Shown here one piece after another: positions 18,606 through 28,176 of a stretch of DNA of 64,000 nt (position 1 is the first letter of the stretch; every line of letters starts with the position of its first letter). The notes beneath the pieces were generated by a model, which was not told the origin of the DNA, searched no databases, and saw only the letters and a program-made list of their open reading frames with translations. Origin of the DNA: Bacteroidales bacterium (GTDB taxonomy: Bacteria; Bacteroidota; Bacteroidia; Bacteroidales; UBA7960); assembly GCA_007130125.1 (NCBI GenBank), contig SLSZ01000066.1, forward strand, positions 7,578-71,577, written 5' to 3'. The position numbers and the translations under genes were made by a program.

Positions 18606-19514
18606 ATGAGAACAGCAAAAAGATTTATAATTCCGGTTCTAATACTTTTGATTGCATTGTTTCTGCAGTTTTGGATTGAGTCATTCGAAACAATTCCTGA
18701 AGAATTAGCCACCGGGTTAAAAAAATTCGGCAGAATACTTTTTATCTTAGGTGTTACGTGGGGCTTAATAGCTTTTATCCGCATCACCAAAAACCATATA
18801 CTGAAAAACTTTGATTTTAGCAAAGCTGACAACTTAAAAACAAGAAAGTTGTATACACAATACAACATTCTTGAAAAGATAGTGATATTCATAATTATCC
18901 TTATTGCTGTTGCTATTTCACTTATGTTGTTTGAAAGCTTCCGCAATGTGGGCATCAGCCTGTTTGCTTCAGCCGGCATTGCAGGGTTGATCATTGGTCT
19001 GGCTGCCCAAAAAGCACTGGGCTCTATTTTGGCAGGATTACAGATTGCCATTACCCAGCCCATAAGGCTTGATGATGTAGTCATTGTAGAAAACGAATGG
19101 GGCAGGATTGAAGAGATCAATTTAACTTATGTTGTTGTAAGTATTTGGGATAAACGCAGGCTGGTGGTTCCTTCCACATACTTCCTTGAAAGGCCTTTTC
19201 AGAACTGGACTCGCACCACTGCTGACATCCTTGGCACTGTGTTTATTTATACCGATTATACCATGCCTCTGGAACCATTGCGCAATGAGCTTACTCGCAT
19301 ACTGGAGTCAAGTAAATACTGGGATAAAAAAGTCAATGTACTCCAGGTAACTGACGCGAAAGAAACAACACTTGAACTCAGGGCACTGATGAGTGCTGCC
19401 AGCTCCCCCGATGCCTGGGAACTCAGGGTATATGTCAGAGAAAAACTTATAGAATTTTTACAGAAAGAATATCCGCAATGCCTGCCAAAAACACGAATGG
19501 AGATATTGAAGTGA
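18606..19514 (+). CDS. Mechanosensitive ion channel family protein (MscS-like)
   Basis: Three TM helices, then GLIIGLAAQKALGSILAGLQIAITQPIRLDDVVIVENEWGRIEEINLTYVVV (MscS pore helix plus beta domain). A candidate -7 box, TATATTTG, lies at 18567-18574. Confidence 0.8.
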   Translation: MRTAKRFIIPVLILLIALFLQFWIESFETIPEELATGLKKFGRILFILGVTWGLIAFIRITKNHILKNFDFSKADNLKTRKLYTQYNILEKIVIFIIILIAVAISLMLFESFRNVGISLFASAGIAGLIIGLAAQKALGSILAGLQIAITQPIRLDDVVIVENEWGRIEEINLTYVVVSIWDKRRLVVPSTYFLERPFQNWTRTTADILGTVFIYTDYTMPLEPLRNELTRILESSKYWDKKVNVLQVTDAKETTLELRALMSAASSPDAWELRVYVREKLIEFLQKEYPQCLPKTRMEILK

Positions 19515-19674
19515 TTTTTTTATTGCGCTGTTGTTAAAAGATGTAATTGAAATATGTAGTTGAGTGAAAAAATATTTTAACGGCCAGATAGATATATCAT
19601 CCCTTTCCGATTAGAAGTATTACCTTTGGGGTCAATATTCAGATTTATCATAAGCAAAATATTTTACATCAAAT

Positions 19675-20841
19675 TTGAAAAACACACCTCTCCCCTTCGT
19701 TGCAAAAACCTTTGCCGGCCTTGAAAACGTACTGGCCGATGAGCTCACTCAGTTTGGCGCTAAAGACGTCAGGACAGTTAAGCGTGCTGTTGAGTTTGCA
19801 GGTGATCTTGAGCTGCTCTACAAAGTTAATTTGTGGTGCCGTACGGCAATAAACTTCATGCAGCTTATCAAAAGCTTTGAAGTAAAAGAACAGCAAGATC
19901 TTTATGACAACCTGCGTAAAATAAAGTGGGAGCAATATTTTGACCATTCAAACACCATTGCAGTGAAAGCTGTGATTTTTAATACTGTATTTGACAATTC
20001 TCATTTTGTAGAGCTACGATCAAAAGATGCCATTGCCGACTATTTCTCAGAAAAGTTTGGCTCCCGCCCAAATGTGGACACACGGGATCCTGATATTAAA
20101 ATATCCATACACCTTAGCAAAACCACCTGTAAGGTTTCTCTTGACAGCTCAGGCGCACAGCTTTTCAAAAGGAATTACCGCAGATCAGGGGGCGAAGCAC
20201 CATTAAACGAAGTACTTGCAGCAGGACTTGTTAAACTTACCGGATGGGATAAGAAAAGCACGCTTATTGACCCGATGTGCGGCAGCGGTACAATACCAAT
20301 AGAGGCTGCCATGCTAGCGCAAAATATCCCGGCAGGAATACTGAGAAAAAAATTCGGCTTCCAAAACTGGAAAAACTATGAACCCAAGCTGTTTGAAGAA
20401 ATAAAAACTAAAGCCAAAGAACTGCAAAAACCCCCGGGAAAGACAATCATTGAAGGCCATGATATAAGCGGCAGAAACATAGGCATTGCAAGACAAAACA
20501 CAATGCAGGCCGGTCTGCTTGGAACAATCCATTTACAGAGAAATGACTTTTTTAGTTATACCCCCGTTCACAAAACCGGCACACTTATTATTAATCCACC
20601 ATACGGCAAAAGGCTAAAACAGGATGATCTTATTGAGTTTTACAAAAAAATCGGCGACACCCTGAAAAACAAATATGAAGGATATTCAGCATGGATTATC
20701 AGCCAGGATTATACTCCACTCAAATATATAGGGCTCAAACCTTCGGGGAAACTAACTGTTTACAACGGGCCTATTGAATGCAGCTATTTAAAATTCGAAA
20801 TTTATAAAGGCAGTCGAAAATACACCTCTTATAAAAATTAA
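19675..20841 (+). CDS. THUMP-domain class I SAM-dependent RNA methyltransferase (RlmL N-terminal-like / COG0116)
   Basis: TTG start. THUMP-like N-terminus, then DPMCGSGTIPIEAA (SAM motif I) and IINPPYG (motif IV). A candidate -7 box, TACCTTTG, lies at 19621-19628. Confidence 0.75.
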   Translation: MKNTPLPFVAKTFAGLENVLADELTQFGAKDVRTVKRAVEFAGDLELLYKVNLWCRTAINFMQLIKSFEVKEQQDLYDNLRKIKWEQYFDHSNTIAVKAVIFNTVFDNSHFVELRSKDAIADYFSEKFGSRPNVDTRDPDIKISIHLSKTTCKVSLDSSGAQLFKRNYRRSGGEAPLNEVLAAGLVKLTGWDKKSTLIDPMCGSGTIPIEAAMLAQNIPAGILRKKFGFQNWKNYEPKLFEEIKTKAKELQKPPGKTIIEGHDISGRNIGIARQNTMQAGLLGTIHLQRNDFFSYTPVHKTGTLIINPPYGKRLKQDDLIEFYKKIGDTLKNKYEGYSAWIISQDYTPLKYIGLKPSGKLTVYNGPIECSYLKFEIYKGSRKYTSYKN

Positions 20842-21263
20842 GATGGGATGTTCATGCAAAACAAAAAACCTTTTGATCAACCTCACATCCCGATGCCCGT
20901 CATAAACCTGCCAAATAAATTTCGGCTATCATAAAATAAGTAAGTAAAAAGTTTTGAAATTTCAGAAAGCGAAAATCTTCGCCTCATGATTGAAATTAAT
21001 AATAGCTCAATTTGGGAAAAAGATACACTCCTAATCAAAAAAAACTATTTGTTTGAATAATTATTAGACAGTTTTTTCATAAATTAGATTTTTGTTTACC
21101 TTTGCAAGCTTGAAAAAATCAGAAAGGATGATTTCAATTTGATTGTTTTTAAATTTAAGTTCTTTCAGGAATAAAACATTATTAGCAAAACACATTAAAT
21201 AAACAAAACATTCATAATTAAGAATACTTGAACTTAAATATTTTTTTATTAAACAGAAAGTAA

Positions 21264-22376
21264 ATGAAAAACAGAAATATGAAAAAAAGAGTGTTAGTTG
21301 CAACAGGAGGAGGTGACTGCCCGGGTTTAAATGCCGTAATCAGGGCGATTGTAAATCGAGCCGGAAAAGAAAAAGACTGGGAGGTAATTGGAAGCATAAA
21401 TGCTTTTGACGGCATTTTGAATGAGCCGCAGGAAATAGTTGTCTTAGATGACAAGAAAGTTGCCGGTATTCATATCCGTGGAGGTACAATTATAGGTACT
21501 ACAAACAAGGGCGGCCCCTTTGCATGGCCTATTAAGGATAATGAGGGAAACTGGACTTCCGCAGATCGTTCTGATGAAATGATACGCCGTTTACAATATT
21601 TGGGTGTTGAAGCAGTAATAAACATCGGTGGTGATGGTTCGCAAAAGATATCGAAAATGTTCCATGAAAAGGGAGCTAATTTTATTGGTGTTCCAAAAAC
21701 TATCGACAACGACCTTTCTGCGACCGATTTCACTTTCGGTTTTCAAACTGCAGTACAGGAAGCAACTACAGCTGTTGATAAGTTAGTAACCACAGCCGCA
21801 AGTCACAATCGTGTATTTGTCCTTGAAGTTATGGGCAGATATGCCGGATGGATAGCTCTTAATGCTGCTATCGCAGGTGGTGCTGATGTAGCCCTAATAC
21901 CTGAAATACCTTATGACCTGAATCGTGTGGTTGATAAAATAGATAGCAGGTTTGACGGAGACCGCGGGTTTGCTATAATTGTCATTGCTGAGGGAGCTAA
22001 ACCGGTTAATGGTGATATCCACTTCAAAGAAAGTAATGAGGTAGGATATAATAAAGTACGCCTCGGCGGTGTTGCCACAAAACTCATTAATGAACTGAAA
22101 GAAATCGGCGTTAAAACAGATATGCGTGAAACAGTGTTGGGACACCTGCAAAGAGGAGGCACTCCGACAGCATACGACCGGATACTCGCTACACAGTTTG
22201 GAGTGAAAGCTTTTGAAATGGTTTTGGAAAAGAAATTTGGCCAAATGGTTGCATACCACCACCCGAATATTGTTTCAGTACCACTTGAAGAAGCGATAAG
22301 CCAATACAACTTTGTAAACCCCGGTTCCGACCTGGTTAAAGCAGCAAGGGGTGTGGGGATCTGCCTGGGTGATTAG
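21264..22376 (+). CDS. pfkA: 6-phosphofructokinase (ATP- or PPi-dependent)
   Basis: VATGGGDCPGLNAVIRA, IGGDGS, GVPKTIDNDL, EVMGRYAGWIA, LGHLQRGG. An alternative start is at 21279. Confidence 0.9.
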   Translation: MKNRNMKKRVLVATGGGDCPGLNAVIRAIVNRAGKEKDWEVIGSINAFDGILNEPQEIVVLDDKKVAGIHIRGGTIIGTTNKGGPFAWPIKDNEGNWTSADRSDEMIRRLQYLGVEAVINIGGDGSQKISKMFHEKGANFIGVPKTIDNDLSATDFTFGFQTAVQEATTAVDKLVTTAASHNRVFVLEVMGRYAGWIALNAAIAGGADVALIPEIPYDLNRVVDKIDSRFDGDRGFAIIVIAEGAKPVNGDIHFKESNEVGYNKVRLGGVATKLINELKEIGVKTDMRETVLGHLQRGGTPTAYDRILATQFGVKAFEMVLEKKFGQMVAYHHPNIVSVPLEEAISQYNFVNPGSDLVKAARGVGICLGD

Positions 22377-22428
22377 TGACTAATTGTAAACCCAACAGCT
22401 GAATGACTTACTGGAAAATTAACCTTCT

Positions 22429-24921
22429 ATGCATAACAACAATTACGCTGAAGTGCTGCTACCCCTCCCGGTTAAAGGGTGTTTTACATACCTTGTGCCG
22501 GGTTCATTTGCAGAAAAAGCAGAAGAAGGCAAAAGAGTTGTTGTGCCATTCGGCAGTAAAAAACTTTATGCCGGTATAATAAAAAAGATACACTCGAAGG
22601 CACCTACAGGTCAAAATGCAAAAGAAATATTTACGGTTCTTGACGACAACCCTTTAATAAAGCCAATCCATTTCAGGTTTTGGAAATGGGTCTCGGATTA
22701 CTATTTGTGCCATGAAGGTGAAGTGATGAATGCAGCTATGCCAGCTGCACTAAAACTTTCCAGTGAAACAACTGTTAAGATAAACCCCGAAGCAAACCTG
22801 GAAACAATTACCTTCAATATCCAGGAAACAAACCTGCTGAAGGAACTTCAAAAAAGAAACCAACTAACAGTCAGTGAGGCAATAAAAGCTACCGGAACAA
22901 AAAAAATAATCCCTTTACTTGATAATCTTATTGAAAAAAAGGCAATTGTTGCACGTGAGTTTGTTGAAGAAACCTATAAGCCGAAGAAGACAAAATTTGT
23001 CAGGTTGACTCCCGAATATGAAAATGATGAAGAAAAGCTTAAAAGCTATTTCGATTATGCAGAAAAACGGGCACCTAAGCAACTTAACGTGCTTATGGCA
23101 TACATGAAGCTTTCCGGGAAGCATTCAAATGCCCGGCAAACCGTTGCTTATGAAAAACTGCTTGAGGATACATCAAATGCTGCTCAATCAATTCAAACTT
23201 TACAAAAAAAAGGTGTTTTAAGCATCTATCAAAAAGAGGCCAGTAGGTTTGAACATGCAAAAGCTGATAATGAAGAAATAATTTTAAACAATCATCAGCA
23301 AACAGCATTTGAAGAAATAAAAAAGGGACTTGAACAAAAAGATGTCGCATTACTACATGGAGTAACCTCAAGCGGAAAAACGGAAATATATATCAAATTG
23401 ATCAGGGAGTATATTTCCAGGGGTAAACAAGTTTTATATCTTCTCCCCGAAATAGCATTAACATCACAGATCATACAACGCCTTCAAAAACATTTTGGTT
23501 CGGATGTCGGGATTTACCATTCGCGGTTTAATGATATGGAGCGTGCTGAGGTTTGGAACAATATAGCCAAAGGAGGCATAAAATCGGGAGATAAAAAGAT
23601 CACCTACAAAGTGGTTCTGGGTGCACGTTCTGCGGTGTTCTTGCCTTTTAAGGATCTTGGGTTGGTAATCGTTGATGAGGAACATGATTCAAACTACAAA
23701 CAATATAATCCCGCCCCAAGATATAATTGCCGCGATACCGCCATTTACCTTGCCAGCCTGGCAAACGCAAAAGTCTTGCTTGGTTCTGCCACACCATCAA
23801 TAGAATCTTACTTCAATGCCAGCAAAGGTAAATACCATCTTGTTGAGTTAAATAAGCGTCATGGCGACATACAAATGCCGGAGACCTTAATTGCCGACCT
23901 TAAAAAAGAAACACGGCAAAGAACCATGAAATCGCACTTTTCATCTATGCTCCTCAACGGGATAAGTCAGGCCCTGGAGCAGAACGAACAGGTTATTCTT
24001 TTCCAAAACAGGCGAGGCTTTTCACTTTTCCTAAGATGCAAGGAATGCGAAGCAATGCCTCACTGCAAATATTGTGATGTGTCGCTTGTCTATCATAAAA
24101 AAATTAACCGCCTGAAATGCCATTACTGCGGATATATAACCAAAATACCATCAAGCTGCCAGTTTTGCGGATCACCTAACATTTTAATGAAAGGTTTTGG
24201 CACAGAAAAAGTTGAAGAAGAAATACCGCTGTTTTTTCCAAATGCCCAAGTAGCCAGAATGGACCTGGATACTACACGAACAAAAAACGCTTATCAAAAA
24301 ATAATTGCTGATTTTGAACAACGAAAGGTTGATGTACTCGTGGGCACACAGATGGTAAGCAAAGGGCTTGACTTCAGCAACGTAAGTATTGTGGGAATAC
24401 TCAATGCCGACAACCTGATACATTTCCCCGACTTCAGATCATATGAACGTGCCTTCCAACAACTAATGCAGGTTAGCGGACGCGCCGGAAGAGCAAACAA
24501 AAGAGGTAAAGTAATTATACAAACTTTTGAACCAAATCATGATGTGATCACAAAAGCTATCACAAACGATTATTATGGAATGTATAAACAACAACTTCTT
24601 GAAAGAAAAAACTTTAACTATCCCCCGTTTTACAGGTTGGTGCAAATAAAACTGCTTCATAAAAATCCCGAAATGGTAAACAAAGGAGGAGACATGTTAG
24701 CTGAAAAACTTCGGGAAAAATTCGGGAAAAATGTACTCGGACCTGAATACCCGCTTATCAGTAAAATACGCAACCGGTATCACAAAAATATTATAGTCAA
24801 AATAAAAAAAGATAATAGCTATCTTGAAAATAAACTGCAATTAAAAAAAATTACTGACGAATTTTTAAAACTTCAACAATATAAATCTGTCAGGGTAATA
24901 ATTGACGTAGACCCGGTTTAA
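22429..24921 (+). CDS. priA: Primosomal replication restart helicase PriA
   Basis: Walker A LLHGVTSSGKTE, DEAH-like VIVDEEHD, Cys-rich zinc module CKECEAMPHCKYCDVSLVYHKKINRLKCHYCG...CQFCG. 830 aa. Confidence 0.95.
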   Translation: MHNNNYAEVLLPLPVKGCFTYLVPGSFAEKAEEGKRVVVPFGSKKLYAGIIKKIHSKAPTGQNAKEIFTVLDDNPLIKPIHFRFWKWVSDYYLCHEGEVMNAAMPAALKLSSETTVKINPEANLETITFNIQETNLLKELQKRNQLTVSEAIKATGTKKIIPLLDNLIEKKAIVAREFVEETYKPKKTKFVRLTPEYENDEEKLKSYFDYAEKRAPKQLNVLMAYMKLSGKHSNARQTVAYEKLLEDTSNAAQSIQTLQKKGVLSIYQKEASRFEHAKADNEEIILNNHQQTAFEEIKKGLEQKDVALLHGVTSSGKTEIYIKLIREYISRGKQVLYLLPEIALTSQIIQRLQKHFGSDVGIYHSRFNDMERAEVWNNIAKGGIKSGDKKITYKVVLGARSAVFLPFKDLGLVIVDEEHDSNYKQYNPAPRYNCRDTAIYLASLANAKVLLGSATPSIESYFNASKGKYHLVELNKRHGDIQMPETLIADLKKETRQRTMKSHFSSMLLNGISQALEQNEQVILFQNRRGFSLFLRCKECEAMPHCKYCDVSLVYHKKINRLKCHYCGYITKIPSSCQFCGSPNILMKGFGTEKVEEEIPLFFPNAQVARMDLDTTRTKNAYQKIIADFEQRKVDVLVGTQMVSKGLDFSNVSIVGILNADNLIHFPDFRSYERAFQQLMQVSGRAGRANKRGKVIIQTFEPNHDVITKAITNDYYGMYKQQLLERKNFNYPPFYRLVQIKLLHKNPEMVNKGGDMLAEKLREKFGKNVLGPEYPLISKIRNRYHKNIIVKIKKDNSYLENKLQLKKITDEFLKLQQYKSVRVIIDVDPV

Positions 24922-25075
24922 ATACATTTTGTACAAATGAAAACAAAGCAAAGTATTATGGCAGGATTGTCAAAATTATGAGTAACAAAGATTTATTCAA
25001 TATAATATTATCAAATTGTTATTTTTGCATTTATTAATTAACCGAATAATTTTAATTCATAAAAACACAACCATT

Positions 25076-25765
25076 ATGAAAACAAAAAACATAACACTGA
25101 TATTATTGATAATGACAAGCTTTATTTTTTCATGTGCACAGTCCGGCAACAGTTCCGGTGATCAGGAAAAGTCAGGCACCAGGGTCTTACTGGAAACGGA
25201 CTATGGTGATATGTTGGTTTTGCTTTATGATGAAACTCCTCTTCATAGGGATAACTTCATCGAATTAGCCGAAGAAGGTTTTTACGATGGGGTGTTATTT
25301 CACAGGGTTATTGAAGATTTTATGATACAAACTGGGGATCCTGAGTCAAAGGATGCCAGGCCAAATGAACCTCTTGGAAGGGGTGGCCCCGGTTACACAA
25401 TTGAAGCAGAGATAATTCCCGGACTAATGCACAAAAAAGGAGCCCTTGCCGCAGCAAGGCAGGGAGATCAGGTTAACCCCGAAAAAAGATCTTCAGGATC
25501 ACAGTTTTATATTGTCCAGGGAAGGGTTTTTTCTCACCAGGAACTTGACGCTTTTGAAGAAAGACTCGACAAACCCTTTACAACAGAACAAAGAAAAACA
25601 TATACCACGCTTGGTGGTGTACCACATCTCGACAACGAGTATACTGTCTTTGGTGAAGTGATTGAAGGTATGGAAATAATTGATAAAATAGCAGAAACAG
25701 AAACAGACCAGCGGGACAGGCCGGTTGAAGATATAAGGCTTAAGAATGTTAAAGTGAAAAATTAA
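25076..25765 (+). CDS. Cyclophilin-type peptidyl-prolyl cis-trans isomerase, lipoprotein
   Basis: Lipobox IFSCAQ after MKTKNITLILLIMTSF. Cyclophilin core FHRVIEDFMIQTGDP...GSQFYIV...LDNEYTVFGEVIEGMEIIDKI. I moved the start from TTG 25016 to ATG 25076. Confidence 0.85.
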   Translation: MKTKNITLILLIMTSFIFSCAQSGNSSGDQEKSGTRVLLETDYGDMLVLLYDETPLHRDNFIELAEEGFYDGVLFHRVIEDFMIQTGDPESKDARPNEPLGRGGPGYTIEAEIIPGLMHKKGALAAARQGDQVNPEKRSSGSQFYIVQGRVFSHQELDAFEERLDKPFTTEQRKTYTTLGGVPHLDNEYTVFGEVIEGMEIIDKIAETETDQRDRPVEDIRLKNVKVKN

Positions 25766-25811
25766 TTCCAAACACTAATCCGCTTAAAACAAAAATTACA
25801 AAACCATACTT

Positions 25812-25850
25812 TTAAGCACTGAACAAGAGTACTTAAGAAAGAGTTTTTTT
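25812..25850 (+). terminator. Possible terminator after the PPIase gene
   Basis: Stem TTAAGCACT (25812-25820) / AGTACTTAA (25828-25836), 8/9 pairs, with a T7 run at 25844-25850 (7 nt beyond the stem). Confidence 0.4.
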
Positions 25851-25944
25851 GGTTTCAATAGTTTCTAGACATTTGAAAATTTGATTTTTACAGATATTAA
25901 ATTTAGTGCTTTAGTTGATTGAATCAGCATCTAAGGAGATTATT

Positions 25945-26973
25945 ATGATTGACAGAATTGATACGATAAAAGCAGAGGTAGAATCCTTCGAAAGTTTGAA
26001 CGTTGAAGAGATAGAGCAGTTCCGAATCAGGATGCTTGGTCGTAAGGGATTAATTACAAACCTTTTCAAAGATTTTAAAGAAGTACCTGCGGAACAAAAA
26101 AAAGAAATCGGACAAAAGCTTAACCAGCTTAAAGTCTTGGCAAATAACAAGGTTGAAGAGCTTAATCAAAAAGCTTCCCGGCAAAAGGAAGCTGATCAGA
26201 AAGAAGACAAGCCCGATCTGACGATGCCGGCAAATTTTGTTGAGCCGGGATCAAGGCATCCCATATCTATTGTACGTAACCAGATCAACAGCATTTTTGC
26301 ACGCATTGGATATGTAATCTCAGAAGGTCCTGAAATTGAAAATGACTGGCACAACTTTTCAGCTCTCAACTTTCCTGAAAACCACCCTGCCAGGGATATG
26401 CAGGATACTTTTTTCATTGAAAAAACCCCGGATATAACCCTAAGAACTCATACTTCATCCGTTCAGGTAAGAGTTATGGAAAACACTCAACCTCCTGTAA
26501 GGACCATTTCTCCCGGAAGAGTATTCCGCAATGAAGCGATATCTGCACGTGCGCATTGCATTTTTCACCAGGTTGAAGGCCTTTACGTAGATGAGGATGT
26601 TTCCTTTGCTGACCTTAAACAAACCTTATATTATTTTGCCAGGGAAATGTTTGGGTCTGAAACCAAAACACGTTTTCGCCCGTCATTTTTCCCTTTTACC
26701 GAACCTTCGGCAGAAATGGACATCTCATGCACCCTTTGCGGCGGCAGTGGTTGTACTATGTGCAAATATTCAGGATGGGTCGAAATTCTTGGTTGTGGAA
26801 TGGTTGACCCGAATGTGCTCGACAATTGCAATATTGATAGTAAAAAATATACCGGCTTCGCTTTCGGAATGGGTATTGAAAGAGTCGCAGCCCTGAAATA
26901 TCAAATAAATGACCTTAGACTATTCTTTGAAAACGACGTCAGGTTCCTCAAACAGTTCGAAGCAGTCTTGTAA
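25945..26973 (+). CDS. pheS: Phenylalanine--tRNA ligase alpha subunit
   Basis: HPARDMQDTFF, LRTHTSSVQVR, RVFRNEA.SARAH..FHQVEG, FFPFTEPS, GCGMVDP, GFAFGMGIERVA. Start placed at ATG 25945 (AAGGAG lies upstream); the track TTG at 25915 is less likely. Confidence 0.95.
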   Translation: MIDRIDTIKAEVESFESLNVEEIEQFRIRMLGRKGLITNLFKDFKEVPAEQKKEIGQKLNQLKVLANNKVEELNQKASRQKEADQKEDKPDLTMPANFVEPGSRHPISIVRNQINSIFARIGYVISEGPEIENDWHNFSALNFPENHPARDMQDTFFIEKTPDITLRTHTSSVQVRVMENTQPPVRTISPGRVFRNEAISARAHCIFHQVEGLYVDEDVSFADLKQTLYYFAREMFGSETKTRFRPSFFPFTEPSAEMDISCTLCGGSGCTMCKYSGWVEILGCGMVDPNVLDNCNIDSKKYTGFAFGMGIERVAALKYQINDLRLFFENDVRFLKQFEAVL

Positions 26974-27145
26974 GCAAAAACTACCATAATCAATAATCAG
27001 TCTGGAAACTACCGATTGTGAACTGCCGTCTGCTCTTGGAGTTTTGAGCTTTAGTTTTTTTTTCTCCCCCTGTAACTTTTTTCACCCTGCTTTCGTCTTA
27101 GTATCAAAATCAGCAAAAACAGCTTGTTTTTTGAGATTCGGCAAT

Positions 27146-27197
27146 CTTCTTTCTCCCGGACAGAAAAACAACTGTTAATTCAGCCGGGAGCAAGAAG
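27146..27197 (+). other. Strong stem-loop in the leader of the first GIN-domain gene
   Basis: CTTCTTTCTCCCGG (27146-27159) pairs with CCGGGAGCAAGAAG (27184-27197) at 13/14 positions. The 24-nt loop contains an inner ACAG/CTGT pair. No T-run follows on either strand. It ends 36 nt before the ATG at 27233. Confidence 0.45.
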
Positions 27198-27232
27198 AAA
27201 ATTTTTAAAAATTAATTTAAACAAAAAAAAAT

Positions 27233-27967
27233 ATGAAAAAATTTAAAACAACTTTTACAACAACCTTTCTAATGGTTTTGATTTTTTTATCACAAGGCTG
27301 TTCGGTTAACGGAGTTAATACGCTTAGTGGTGACGGAAATGTTCAGGAAAAGCATTATGAGATTGACGAATTTAACTCTTTAAAACTGGGAGGCTCTTTG
27401 AACATAGTCTTGACTGAGGGAGACAAACCGGGGCTCATAGTAGAAACCGATGAAAATCTTCATCCTCATATTAATATAGAGTCAGAAGATAAGGTATTAA
27501 ATATTTACTCGAACCGCGACATTGTTCTCAGGCCTACTAAACTTAACATCTATATCACTTATACAAGCCTTGAAAAAATCCTGACATCAGGTGCTTCAAA
27601 AATAACAACAGAAACACTGATTAGCTCAGAATCCTTTATTCTTGAAATAAGCGGTGCTTGCTCCGGTGAATTACATATTGAAACTGAAAACCTAAAAACT
27701 GATGTTTCGGGAGCTGCAAGCATTAGACTTAAAGGAACAGCATCATTACACAACATAACTTTAAGTGGAGCCAGTAGCCTAAAAGCGGAAGAGCTTATTA
27801 CTGAAAAAACAGTTATCCGCTTAAGTGGAGCGGGATCTGCTACTATTTACGCTTCTGAAGATTTAGATGCTACACTAAGTGGCGTAGGTTCAATAAAATA
27901 TGCCGGCGATCCCAAAACAAAAAACACTAACGTCAGTGGAATAGGCAAAATAAGTAGTATTGACTAA
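27233..27967 (+). CDS. DUF2807 / head GIN domain-containing lipoprotein
   Basis: Lipobox LSQGCS. Repeated beta-helix-like units (LSGAGSATIYASEDLDATLSGVGSIKYAGDPK, VSGAASIRLKGTA, LSGASSLKA) are characteristic of DUF2807. Confidence 0.75.
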   Translation: MKKFKTTFTTTFLMVLIFLSQGCSVNGVNTLSGDGNVQEKHYEIDEFNSLKLGGSLNIVLTEGDKPGLIVETDENLHPHINIESEDKVLNIYSNRDIVLRPTKLNIYITYTSLEKILTSGASKITTETLISSESFILEISGACSGELHIETENLKTDVSGAASIRLKGTASLHNITLSGASSLKAEELITEKTVIRLSGAGSATIYASEDLDATLSGVGSIKYAGDPKTKNTNVSGIGKISSID

Positions 27968-28176
27968 CTAGAAAAAATAAAGCAACCATATTTAATAATT
28001 TAATTCATACAAAAACGAAACCCTCATCTGCCAAAGTGTATGAACTTAGCGATCTCGCGACCGAAGGGAACAATAAAGCATGAGGGTTCCATCAGGATAG
28101 AAAAACCTAAGCTTAAATATTTGAGTACGTAAATAAATAATTGTAAAACAGTTTAATAACCATAATTTATACACAG

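Noticed and set aside
21097-21263. A 160-nt pfkA leader with a TACCTTTG -7-like box (21097-21104) and a small AAATCA/TGATTT hairpin, as a possible riboregulator
   Set aside because: The -7-like motif is common by chance in AT-rich DNA. The hairpin is 6 bp of A/T, and no conserved element is recognisable. The evidence is insufficient without transcript mapping.
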